Positions 17,841-26,817 of a DNA stretch of 64,000 nucleotides are shown piece by piece. Source of the stretch: a bacterium (GTDB lineage: Bacteria > SAR324 > XYD2-FULL-50-16); assembly GCA_032250835.1 (NCBI GenBank), contig JAVVEA010000002.1, positions 176,415 through 240,414 on the forward strand, written 5' to 3'. Made by a program: the position numbers and the translations under genes. The notes beneath the pieces are model-generated. The model saw only the letters and a list, made by a program, of their open reading frames with translations, was not told where the DNA came from and ran no database searches. Position 1 is the first letter of the stretch. Each line of letters opens with the position of its first letter.

Positions 17841-19694
17841 ATGAAAAACCGATGGACCAGGTCTTTGACCTTACAACTGTTGGGCGTGGCGGCCATTGTG
17901 GCGGCGTTGAACCTATTGGTGGCACCGCTTTCTTGGCGCATCGACATCACCCAAGAACAGCTCTACAGCTTAAGCCCCGGCACCCAAAAAATCGCCGAGG
18001 AACTCAAACACCCGGTGACCCTAAAGCTTTATTTTTCCAGTTCCGCCGCCGGGGTGCCGCTCCAGTATAAATCCTATGGCCAGCGGGTACGCGAGGTCTT
18101 GGCCGAATACCAACGGCTCAATCCCGACAAAATCAGCTTAAGGGTCTTCGACCCCAAGCCTGATTCGGACGAAGAGCTTTGGGCCGACAAGTACGGTCTC
18201 AAGGGCGCTGACCTAGGCAACGGCAGCCGCTTCTTCTTAGGGCTTGCCGGACAAAGCGAAGAGCGGGAGCGGGCCTTGCCTTTCTTGGACCCCCGCAGCG
18301 AATCGAGCCTGGAATACGACCTAAGCGAGTTGATCCTGCGTTTGCAAAGTGAGGTTAAACCCAAGCTAGGCTTGATCAGCAGCCTGCCGGTGCTGGGGAG
18401 CGAGCCCGATGCCATGGCGCGCCTTTCTGGGGCGCAACCTAGAGGGCCTTGGGCGGTTTTTGGGGAACTCTCTAGGGCCTATGAGATCGAACCGATCGAA
18501 GCCGGGGCCCCCATTGAAGATGACATCACCTTGTTGATGGTCCTGCACCCCAAGCAACTAAGCGACGCCGCCCAGTACCGGATCGAACAATATCTGCTTA
18601 AGGGCGGCAAACTGATGGTCTTCGTCGACCCCCATGCCCGCGCCGATCAGGTCGCCCAACAGATGGGCCAGATGGGGCAGGCCGTGACTGCTGCGAGCGA
18701 CTTACCCAAACTCTTTGAAGCCTGGGGTGTAGACTACAACGCGGCCCAGATCTTAGGCGACTTGGACCGCGCCGCCCAGGTCAACGCCGGGGGGGCAGCG
18801 GTCCCCTTTGCGCTGTGGCAAACTTTGGGCATTGAGGCGATCAACCAAGAGATGCCCCCCACCAAGGGGCTAGAGAAGATGCTGGTCGTTGAGCCCGGCG
18901 GCTTCCGTCTAACCGAAAACAGCCCCTTAAGCTTAGAGCCGCTGTTGAGCGCCTCGGATAAAGCAGGTCTGGTAGATAGCACGTTGCTGCGTTATATGGG
19001 GCCCCTGCAACTAAACCAGAAGGTCGAGACCGCGCCAAAACCCTTGTACTTGGCCGCCTTGCTTAAAGGGAAGCCGAAAAGCGCCTTTGACCAAGTGCCG
19101 GATTTTGGAGACCAGCCCGCGCCAGGGCCTCACTTAGCTCAGGCCCAACAATCGGTCTTTATCCTGCTGGTGGCGGATGTGGACTTTTTGTTCGACCGCT
19201 TTGCGGTAGACGCCTTCAACCTACTGGGGCAAACCATTGTGCAGCCGAAAAACGATAACTTGGGCTTCTTCTTGAACCTGACCGAGTTCTTTTCGGGCGC
19301 CGACGAACTGATGTCGATCCGTAGCCGGGGACGCTTCAGCCGCCCCTTTGAGCGCTTCGAGGCGCTCGAACAGGCCGCTTCACAGCGATACCAACAGGCC
19401 GAGGCGGAGCTGAATGCAGAGTTGCAACAGGTCCAGGCGAAGCTGGCCGAATTAGACCGGCAACAGGGCCCCCAAAGCGCGGGCTTGAGTGCCGAACAAC
19501 TGGCCGAAGTGCAGCAATTCCGAGACAAAGAAAAGGAAACCAAAGGCGAATTGCGGCAAATCCGCAAATTGCTGCGCCAGGGGATCGAATCGGAGATCAC
19601 TTGGTTGACCCTGCTGAACCTGTTGCTGGTCCCCATGGGGCTGGTGGGCTTTAGTGTTTGGGTTTATCGCCGCCGCTTTAAACGAGGCTTTTGA
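17841..19694 (+). CDS. GldG-like ABC transporter auxiliary component
   Basis: 617 aa. N-terminal and C-terminal transmembrane helices, large periplasmic domain. Genomic context after ABC ATPase and ABC-2 permease. Confidence 0.75.
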   Translation: MKNRWTRSLTLQLLGVAAIVAALNLLVAPLSWRIDITQEQLYSLSPGTQKIAEELKHPVTLKLYFSSSAAGVPLQYKSYGQRVREVLAEYQRLNPDKISLRVFDPKPDSDEELWADKYGLKGADLGNGSRFFLGLAGQSEERERALPFLDPRSESSLEYDLSELILRLQSEVKPKLGLISSLPVLGSEPDAMARLSGAQPRGPWAVFGELSRAYEIEPIEAGAPIEDDITLLMVLHPKQLSDAAQYRIEQYLLKGGKLMVFVDPHARADQVAQQMGQMGQAVTAASDLPKLFEAWGVDYNAAQILGDLDRAAQVNAGGAAVPFALWQTLGIEAINQEMPPTKGLEKMLVVEPGGFRLTENSPLSLEPLLSASDKAGLVDSTLLRYMGPLQLNQKVETAPKPLYLAALLKGKPKSAFDQVPDFGDQPAPGPHLAQAQQSVFILLVADVDFLFDRFAVDAFNLLGQTIVQPKNDNLGFFLNLTEFFSGADELMSIRSRGRFSRPFERFEALEQAASQRYQQAEAELNAELQQVQAKLAELDRQQGPQSAGLSAEQLAEVQQFRDKEKETKGELRQIRKLLRQGIESEITWLTLLNLLLVPMGLVGFSVWVYRRRFKRGF

Positions 19695-20653
19695 TGAAAG
19701 GGAATCCCCTATTTTATTGGGCCGCAGGCCTTTTGTTGCTGGCTGGGTTAGTGCAGGGCTTGACCCAAGACCCCGAATCTAGCGAAGACCCTCGTTTGGG
19801 CCAACCGCTGGTTAGCAATCCACAGGTCGCCCAGATGGACCGGTTGGTTTTGCAGGGCCCCCAGGGAACCATAACGATCCAAAAGCAAGGCGAGCAGTGG
19901 CAACTCGCCGAACGCCAGTTTCCGGCCGATGCCGGAAAGTTACGCCGCCTGATGGCGCAACTGAGCCAGGCCCAAGTTTCTTTTTTGGTCAGTGATCAGG
20001 CCGAGAGCCTGGAGCGGTTGGAACTAGGCCCAGGACAGGGGACCCTGGTGCAACTCTATGAAGGGGATAAGCTACTGGCTCAGTTGCAGGTTGGCGCTTT
20101 CCGGCCGCCCGCGCAGGGACCCGCCGACGATGCCGACGGGACTTATGTCCGCTTGGGTGACCAGGCCTATTTGGTCAAGGAGACCTTGAGCCCGCCGGTA
20201 GAGGTCCAAAGCTGGCTAGCCGACCAATTGGCGGCGCTGCCGGAGGTGCAAATCAAGTCCCTGAGCGGTCCCGGCTGGTCGGTGAGCCGCCCAGATGACC
20301 AGCAGCCTTGGCGGGATTCGTCTGGAAAGGAATTAGCCCCCGGCGCTTTGGCTGGTCCCTTGCGGCTGCTTTCCAATTGGCGCTTTACTGAAGCAATCCC
20401 GCTAGAACAGATCGACCGGACCCGTTATCTAGCGCCCCAGGTTGGATCGGTGACAACCTTCGGCGGAGCCCGGTTGGAATTTAGCTTTTTGGGGTCTAAG
20501 CAAGGGCCGGAACCCGGTTTGTTGCTGGTGACGCCTCAGGCCACTGGGGGCCAAGTCTTTGCGTTGGCCCACCAACTAGCCCCAAAGTGGGCTTTTGTGG
20601 TGCCGGCATGGCAGCGGGCGACCTGGACCGAACGGCCATCGACAATGCCTTAG
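19691..20653 (+). CDS. DUF4340-like periplasmic protein (GldG partner)
   Basis: N-terminal anchor, then Gln/Leu-rich periplasmic domain. Coupled (ATGA) to the GldG-like gene. Confidence 0.55.
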   Translation: MMKGNPLFYWAAGLLLLAGLVQGLTQDPESSEDPRLGQPLVSNPQVAQMDRLVLQGPQGTITIQKQGEQWQLAERQFPADAGKLRRLMAQLSQAQVSFLVSDQAESLERLELGPGQGTLVQLYEGDKLLAQLQVGAFRPPAQGPADDADGTYVRLGDQAYLVKETLSPPVEVQSWLADQLAALPEVQIKSLSGPGWSVSRPDDQQPWRDSSGKELAPGALAGPLRLLSNWRFTEAIPLEQIDRTRYLAPQVGSVTTFGGARLEFSFLGSKQGPEPGLLLVTPQATGGQVFALAHQLAPKWAFVVPAWQRATWTERPSTMP

Positions 20654-22327
20654 ATGAGGACCCCTGAGGCCGCAGCCGCCAAACGCTTGGGCTGGATTTT
20701 AGGGCTTAGCATGTTTTCCATGGGCATCTGCGGGCTCTCTTACGAGTATAGCTTTTCGCGCTTGGCGACCCAAATACTGGGTGATTCCACCAAACAATGG
20801 GCGTTGGTGATTGGCGTGATGATGCTTTTTATGGGCCTCGGTGCGGACCTGCAAAAGTACCTAGGTGAGCGTTGGTTGGTGGAGCGCTTCATTGGCCTGG
20901 AGATCCTTCTGGGGTTGGTCGGCGGTTTGGGGCCGGCGCTGAGTCTTTATGTCTTTGGTGCGGCCCATGAGCTTTTCATCTTGGTTCATTATCTCTTGAT
21001 CGCTACCGTGGGCCTGTTGATCGGCCTGGAAATCCCCTTGATGGCGCGGGTCAACGAGGCTTGCTTGACCCGCCTCAAAGACAATCTAGGGATGATCCTC
21101 AAAATGGACTACATCGGCAGCTTCGTCGGGGCGCTGGTGTGGGTTTTTGTGTTGCCCCAGTTTTTTGATTTCTTGGAAATCCCCTACCTACTGGGGCTGG
21201 TCAATTTAACGGTGGCCTTGGTCACTCTCTGGGCTTTTCGTAGCTTTGTGGGCAAGCCCTGGCTTTTGGCGTTGCCTGCCTTGATGGCGATAGCCCTGCT
21301 CGGTGGGGCGATGTATCAGGGCCAAGCGATCCGGTTGCATCTGGAACAAAAGCTCTTTAAGGACCCGATCATCTTCAGCCACACCAGCCGCTACCAGCAT
21401 ATTGTGATGACTAAAAACCGGCGCGGCGAGCTGGACACCTACATCAACGGTCATTTGCAGTTTTCCTCGCGCGACGAGGCCATTTACCACGAATTTTTAG
21501 TCCATCCAGTCATGGCCGCCAGCGACAACCCCAAGCGGGTGTTGGTGATGGGGGGCGGGGATGGATTGGCGGTGCGAGAACTGCTGCGCTGGCCCATCGA
21601 ATCGGTCACTTTGGTGGACCTGGACCCCGAGATGGTCGAATTGGCCCGCACCCAACCTGAGTTGGTGGCACTGAACCAAGGCAGCCTGCGTGATGCCCGG
21701 GTCAATGACCAGCCAGCTAAAGGGGTGGGCTCTGGTGGTTTGCAGGAATTGTATCTGCCCGGTCAGGGCTATTTTAGGCGCAGTGAAAACTTCGGGCCTG
21801 TCGAGGTGCAGGCCTTGACGCTTGACGCCTTTGAATTCGCCACCAGTGCGCCGGGCGTCTTTGATGTGATCATCCTGGACTTCCCGGACCCTAATGACCC
21901 GCAACTTTCGAAGCTCTATAGCCTGGAGTTTTACCAGCAACTACGCCAAAAGCTCAAACCCGGCGGTCTAATGGTGCAGCAGTCCACCAGCCCGGCCTTT
22001 GCTTTGCCTGCCTTTAGGATCATTGGGCGGACCCTGCAAGCAGCGGGGTGGTCGGTAGCGGCATTGCACCATCCGGTGCCCAGCTTTGGTGATTGGGGCT
22101 TTTGGGTCGCCGGGCCCCAGGAGTTTTTTGGCCAGCGGGGCTTACAGCAACGTTTGGCACAGATCAACCAATTGCCCGAAGACCTCAAGTACCTAACCCC
22201 GGAGCTGATACCGGCGGCTCAGGTTTTTGGTAAAAACCAGTTGGATTTGAGCCAAGCGCCGGTCAACCGTCTGCTGGCTGAGCGGCTTTATCAAGCCTAC
22301 CAACAGTCTTGGGCAAGGTTGCAGTAG
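20654..22327 (+). CDS. Polyamine aminopropyltransferase (spermidine synthase-like) with a 7-8 TM N-terminal membrane domain
   Basis: C-terminal SpeE motifs (KRVLVMGGGDGLAVRELL, DVIILDFPDP). Multiple N-terminal transmembrane helices. Starts at the nucleotide after the previous stop. Confidence 0.8.
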   Translation: MRTPEAAAAKRLGWILGLSMFSMGICGLSYEYSFSRLATQILGDSTKQWALVIGVMMLFMGLGADLQKYLGERWLVERFIGLEILLGLVGGLGPALSLYVFGAAHELFILVHYLLIATVGLLIGLEIPLMARVNEACLTRLKDNLGMILKMDYIGSFVGALVWVFVLPQFFDFLEIPYLLGLVNLTVALVTLWAFRSFVGKPWLLALPALMAIALLGGAMYQGQAIRLHLEQKLFKDPIIFSHTSRYQHIVMTKNRRGELDTYINGHLQFSSRDEAIYHEFLVHPVMAASDNPKRVLVMGGGDGLAVRELLRWPIESVTLVDLDPEMVELARTQPELVALNQGSLRDARVNDQPAKGVGSGGLQELYLPGQGYFRRSENFGPVEVQALTLDAFEFATSAPGVFDVIILDFPDPNDPQLSKLYSLEFYQQLRQKLKPGGLMVQQSTSPAFALPAFRIIGRTLQAAGWSVAALHHPVPSFGDWGFWVAGPQEFFGQRGLQQRLAQINQLPEDLKYLTPELIPAAQVFGKNQLDLSQAPVNRLLAERLYQAYQQSWARLQ

Positions 22328-22328
22328 G

Positions 22329-22943
22329 CTAGGTGTAGGGTTGGCGGATTAGGGTCTTCCAGTTCGCCGGATTGCCCCGGCGGATGTCGCTCAGGTAGAT
22401 TTCATGGTGCAAACCGGCCAAACTTTTGCCTTGGTTGGCAATGAACTGGTGCAGTCGGCTGATGGTCGGTCCTTCGTCATCGAAGGGGCCTTGGTGTAAA
22501 ACCTGGGCGCAGGGACCTTCGGCAAAGGGGCCAAATTCTAGCCGAGACAGCCAAGGCAGGTCTTTCTTAGCACCCACCTGACCGCGCAACCGCTCCACCA
22601 TTTCCGCATCAACCCATTGGGGCTGATGGATCAGCAAACGCCACTGCCACTGGCTTTTGTCGCGCCGCTCCTTAAAGTGGGTCATGTCAGGGGCCCACCA
22701 GAGACCCTCAAGGGGCATCACAGCATAGTCAATACCCAGCGGACCCTTCTTCAGGTGGAACTTGAGGGCATAAGACAGCGAAAAGAGAGCCTCTACAGCC
22801 CCCTTAAACTCGGCACTTTGGTTGGGGTCGCCTTGGCCTTCAGCGCTAAGGTAATTGAAGCTGGGTAGTTCTATCAGGCGGGGCCCCGCCGGGCGGGGAG
22901 CGTAAAACTCTTTGAGTTCTTTCTTCAGGTCGATCTTTTCCAT
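22329..22943 (-). CDS. GyrI-like small-molecule-binding domain protein
   Basis: 204 aa. YAVMPLEGLWW plus duplicated half-domains typical of GyrI-like or DUF proteins. Confidence 0.6.
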   Translation of the reverse strand: MEKIDLKKELKEFYAPRPAGPRLIELPSFNYLSAEGQGDPNQSAEFKGAVEALFSLSYALKFHLKKGPLGIDYAVMPLEGLWWAPDMTHFKERRDKSQWQWRLLIHQPQWVDAEMVERLRGQVGAKKDLPWLSRLEFGPFAEGPCAQVLHQGPFDDEGPTISRLHQFIANQGKSLAGLHHEIYLSDIRRGNPANWKTLIRQPYT

Positions 22944-22957
22944 CTCACCAGCCTAAC

Positions 22958-25033
22958 TCAAAAGACTTCCACCGTGTTGGTTCCCTGGACCTTGAGGATT
23001 TTGAGGTCCTTTTGCAGTTCTCCGTTGGACAAGGTGGTGACCTTGCCGCTGATCACCGGGAATTCCTTTAAGCCTGCTAAGGCATCGCGTAGCACTTCGC
23101 GGTTGTGGTTGTTGGGGTCTTTGAGTAGTTCGGTCAAAATTTCCAAGGCCTCGTAGCCATATACGCCGTAGGAGGTTGGCGGGCGGTAACGGGGCACATG
23201 GTTGTAGTGACGCCAGTGGGATTCGAAAAAGGGCAACAGGTAGGTGTTGGCCCCGCTGATCGGATAACTGTCCGCAAAACGCAGTTTCGCCGCAGAATCG
23301 ATCAGTTGGTTTTCTGCCTCGTTGAGTTCATGGCCCGCTAAAAAGTAAATTTTTTCGGCTTCAAAGAGCGCGGCAAACTGGGTCAGGATGTTCATCGTGT
23401 AGGGCCTGACCGGAGCATAGATGGCGTCAAAGTCCACTTCGGGGTCGATCCGGTCGCGGGTCTTTTCCATTTCCGCACGGTCTTCTTCGCTGATGGGCTT
23501 AAAGCCTCCGGTAAAGCTGGCGAAGTCTTCTTGGAAGTCCACTTGTCTGGCTCCGATGGGCCGGACGCCGACAATCTGTCCGCCCTGTTCGCGGAAGGTT
23601 TTGACAAAGGTTTCCATCCGCCTAAAGCCGGTCTTGTCGGGGTGGTAGAGCACCACCACTCGTTTGGCCTGTAAGTAATCGGCGGCGTAGTGGGCGATTA
23701 CCTGGGCTTCTTGTAGGTCGTTGCGTTGGTAGCGGAACAAGAAAGGTAGGTCTTCGCCCAAATTTTCGGTCAGCGAAAAGCTGATCACCGGTATCTTGTA
23801 GGGTTCCGCCGCTTCACCGGCGGCGATGGAGGTGTCTTTGGCCAGAGGGCCCAAGATGGCCACCACCTTGTCTTCAAGCACCAATTCCCGGACCAGTTCG
23901 CCGATCAGGTCGCGCCGCTCTTTGCCCATGCGGGTTTCTCCGCCCGCGTCGCGGGCCGAGTCTTTTAAGACCAACTCAATCGGTTGCTCCGCAGTGGCGA
24001 AGCGGGCCAGTCCGATCTCAAGGCCTTCTAAGACCTGCTGGGCCAAATGCCCAAAGCGCTTGTGCGAGAAGGGCAGGATCACGCCGATCCGGTAGGGCCG
24101 GGTCTGGCTGGCGTTTTCGATGAAGCCGCCTAAGGCGACGAACTCGGCGTATAGCTTGGGGTCGATGCCGCCGTCTTTAAGCAAGTCCGTCAGGTAAGCT
24201 TGGGCTTTGTCGAACTCGACGGTGCGCACCCAAAGCTGGATTTTGCGCAGCTTAAGCCTAGCGGTCAGCCAAGGGTTGGCGGTGTAGCGCTCGATCAGGT
24301 CGTCTAGGTCGCCTTGGTTGTTGAATTGGTCGATGATCTCCCCGGCCCAGCGTTGGTATTCGGGGATCAAACCTTGATCAAAGGTCTCTAAATAACTAAA
24401 GGCCTCGTAGACCTTACTCCGCTTGAGCGCGTCGCGGATCAAAAGGTCGCGTAGGGTCATGGCTTCTGAAGGGGCCAGAGCCGTAAAAAACTCCTCGTCC
24501 ACCAGCGAAGTGGATTCCAGCAATTGGCCTTGCTTGGCCAGTGACTGGGCCAGTCTAAAGTAGACTTGGTGGAAGTTGGACCCGCCGCCCCATTGCCTTA
24601 AGAAGTACCGCGCTTTTTCCGATACCTCGGCGTAGCGCCCCAACTCAAAGAGCAGCCGGATTTCGGTGGCGTAACGCCGCTCTTCTAAAACAAACTTTTC
24701 CCCGTCGGGGCGTCGGGGCAGAGCTTGCAGCGTCGCTAGGGCTAAATTGGATTCGCCCCGTTGGGCCTGGGCCTCGATTTGCTCTAAAGACTCTAGGGTA
24801 AAGGGCAGTTCCGGCACCACCAAAGCGGGGGCCGGGACTTCGGCGGGCAATTCGGGCGCTTCTTGCTCAGGGTTTAAGCTACCTAAGAGGCGCAACCGCT
24901 CTTTCTTGGCTTGGCCAAAAAAGCCCCCCTGGGCCTCCACTTCCGGTTGGGTTGGGTAGCTCAGAAAGCTCTGCGCCTGGGCGCTGGGGGCGCTAAGCAG
25001 GGCCAGACAAATTAAGAGGAGCAGGCTTCTCAT
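22958..25033 (-). CDS. Periplasmic TPR plus type-I periplasmic-binding-fold protein (LpoA-like architecture)
   Basis: Signal peptide ending AQA with no lipobox Cys. Helical N-terminal half, and a C-terminal LivJ-like fold (VVAILGPLAKDTSIAAGE). Confidence 0.5.
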   Translation of the reverse strand: MRSLLLLICLALLSAPSAQAQSFLSYPTQPEVEAQGGFFGQAKKERLRLLGSLNPEQEAPELPAEVPAPALVVPELPFTLESLEQIEAQAQRGESNLALATLQALPRRPDGEKFVLEERRYATEIRLLFELGRYAEVSEKARYFLRQWGGGSNFHQVYFRLAQSLAKQGQLLESTSLVDEEFFTALAPSEAMTLRDLLIRDALKRSKVYEAFSYLETFDQGLIPEYQRWAGEIIDQFNNQGDLDDLIERYTANPWLTARLKLRKIQLWVRTVEFDKAQAYLTDLLKDGGIDPKLYAEFVALGGFIENASQTRPYRIGVILPFSHKRFGHLAQQVLEGLEIGLARFATAEQPIELVLKDSARDAGGETRMGKERRDLIGELVRELVLEDKVVAILGPLAKDTSIAAGEAAEPYKIPVISFSLTENLGEDLPFLFRYQRNDLQEAQVIAHYAADYLQAKRVVVLYHPDKTGFRRMETFVKTFREQGGQIVGVRPIGARQVDFQEDFASFTGGFKPISEEDRAEMEKTRDRIDPEVDFDAIYAPVRPYTMNILTQFAALFEAEKIYFLAGHELNEAENQLIDSAAKLRFADSYPISGANTYLLPFFESHWRHYNHVPRYRPPTSYGVYGYEALEILTELLKDPNNHNREVLRDALAGLKEFPVISGKVTTLSNGELQKDLKILKVQGTNTVEVF

Positions 25034-25977
25034 CGATAGACAATGGTGGCGTTGTCTCTAAGTTCTTTCAGATAGGCCTCGGCCTTGTTTTGGTACTGCG
25101 CTTGGTATTCCCGGCTGTGCAGCTGGTCGCGGACTTGGGCAAAGGGGATGACCGGCATCTTTTTCTTTTCTAATACTTCGATCAAGTGGAAGCCAAAGCG
25201 GCTGCGTACCGGGCCGCTCAACTGGCCAGGAGGCAAGTTGAAGGCGGCGTCGGCAAAGTCCGGGTCCATGTCTTCTTTTTTGAAGAAGCCCAAGTCGCCT
25301 TGGTTGTCGGCGGCTAAGGGGTCTTCTGAGTTTTTAGCCGCCAATTCGCCGAAGTTGGCTCCGCTGGTGATCTGTTCGCGCAGCGCCAAGATACGTTTGC
25401 GCGCGGCCTCGATCTCGGCCTTGGGGGCCGTTTTTTTTGCCAGGATCAGTAGGTGGCGGGCGTGGACCTTCTCGACGACTGGCGTGTTTTTTAGGTGCTC
25501 TTGCTTGAGTAACTCTTCGTTGATCGAAATCTGTGAGCCGACCTCTTGCTGCATCACCCGCTCGCGCTTGAGCCGCTCTTCGATGCGTTGTTTAAAGTCC
25601 GCTAGGGTGATGTGTTGGTATTCCAGGCTGTCTTCAAAGCGGCGCTCCGTTAGGCCCTGCTGGGTGCGGAATTTATCCACCCCTTGGTCCACCTCTTCGG
25701 GGGATATTTGGATGTTCAGGCTCTCGGCGCGGTGGTCTAAGAGCGCTTCATTGATCAGCTCTTCGGTCACTTCGGCCCGGGCGCGTTCATTGGCCAACAG
25801 GTTCAGCCCACTGGCCGGTCCGCCCTGGCGGGCTTGAACGCGCAGTTCGATCTCATGTTCAGTGATCGCTTGGTTGTAGACTTCGATCTTGATCTGGTCG
25901 ATCACCTCGCCAGCAAGGACCGGAGCTGCCCAAATCAGGCTAGCGGCCCAAAGCGAAATCCAAAGTGGTCGGTTCAT
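25030..25977 (-). CDS. SurA-like periplasmic chaperone / parvulin-type peptidyl-prolyl isomerase
   Basis: Signal peptide, SurA_N-like helical region, single PpiC domain (FGFHLIEV). Confidence 0.75.
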   Translation of the reverse strand: MNRPLWISLWAASLIWAAPVLAGEVIDQIKIEVYNQAITEHEIELRVQARQGGPASGLNLLANERARAEVTEELINEALLDHRAESLNIQISPEEVDQGVDKFRTQQGLTERRFEDSLEYQHITLADFKQRIEERLKRERVMQQEVGSQISINEELLKQEHLKNTPVVEKVHARHLLILAKKTAPKAEIEAARKRILALREQITSGANFGELAAKNSEDPLAADNQGDLGFFKKEDMDPDFADAAFNLPPGQLSGPVRSRFGFHLIEVLEKKKMPVIPFAQVRDQLHSREYQAQYQNKAEAYLKELRDNATIVYR

Positions 25978-26761
25978 CCAAGGTTCCTATGTCGTTTTTG
26001 TATTGCTCTAAAAGATCACGCCGCGCCCGAGAAAGACCACGGGTTTTTAAAGGACCAATCTGGGCCTCTTTATACAGCCTTCCGGCGACGTAATAACGGA
26101 TCGTTTGGGGTAGCGCTTTTATGCGGCTATGAACCCCGATAAATAGAATCTGCAAGGGGAAGTCGCGCCCGTCAAGGTTCAACCTGCGGTTGATCGCCAA
26201 GATGCGGAAGGTCTTGGGGTCGATCAAGATATTTTCTTCGGGGCCCCCTAAGCGGTACAAGACGTTGTAGCCTTGGCGCTCAGTGCCCACTTGGGCCGGG
26301 TCGATGCCTAATTGGGCAAGCCTACCCTTGAAAATCGCCGGGTGTTTGGTGATCGGCAGGAGCGGCAAAAACTGGGCTTCCTCTTGGGAAAAGAGTCGGT
26401 TGGAAGAGAAGTTTTTATCCAGTTGCTTCGCCATCTGGGCAATGGTAAGATGCAATAAATCACCTTTTAACCCTTTGGTTTCAACGACGATCACCTCGTC
26501 TCGGATCATCAAAGAGTCTTGGCGGTACCCCTGGTTAGGTAGCTCGCTGGGCGGTGCCTGCTCGGACAAGGCTTCACCCAAGGGTGCCAAGGCTTCGGGA
26601 TCAAAAACCCGGTAGGTCACCTCTAGGTCAAATTGACGCACTGATTCGTAGTGTTCGAGGATCTTTAAGATCAACCCTTCCGGTTCGATCAGTTTGGCTC
26701 GGGCCGGGCTGGCCGCCAAGAGAAGAAAGACGGTAAGAAGGGCGAAGCTGGATTTCGTCAT
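25940..26761 (-). CDS. Hypothetical secreted protein
   Basis: Signal peptide MTKSSFALLTVFLLLAASPARA. First gene of a three-gene minus-strand unit. Confidence 0.55.
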   Translation of the reverse strand: MTKSSFALLTVFLLLAASPARAKLIEPEGLILKILEHYESVRQFDLEVTYRVFDPEALAPLGEALSEQAPPSELPNQGYRQDSLMIRDEVIVVETKGLKGDLLHLTIAQMAKQLDKNFSSNRLFSQEEAQFLPLLPITKHPAIFKGRLAQLGIDPAQVGTERQGYNVLYRLGGPEENILIDPKTFRILAINRRLNLDGRDFPLQILFIGVHSRIKALPQTIRYYVAGRLYKEAQIGPLKTRGLSRARRDLLEQYKNDIGTLDEPTTLDFALGR

Positions 26762-26817
26762 GATGGCTAAGTTTCGCGCGTCTGTATAAATACCTTTTTT
26801 AACAAGTAGCCGCTAAG

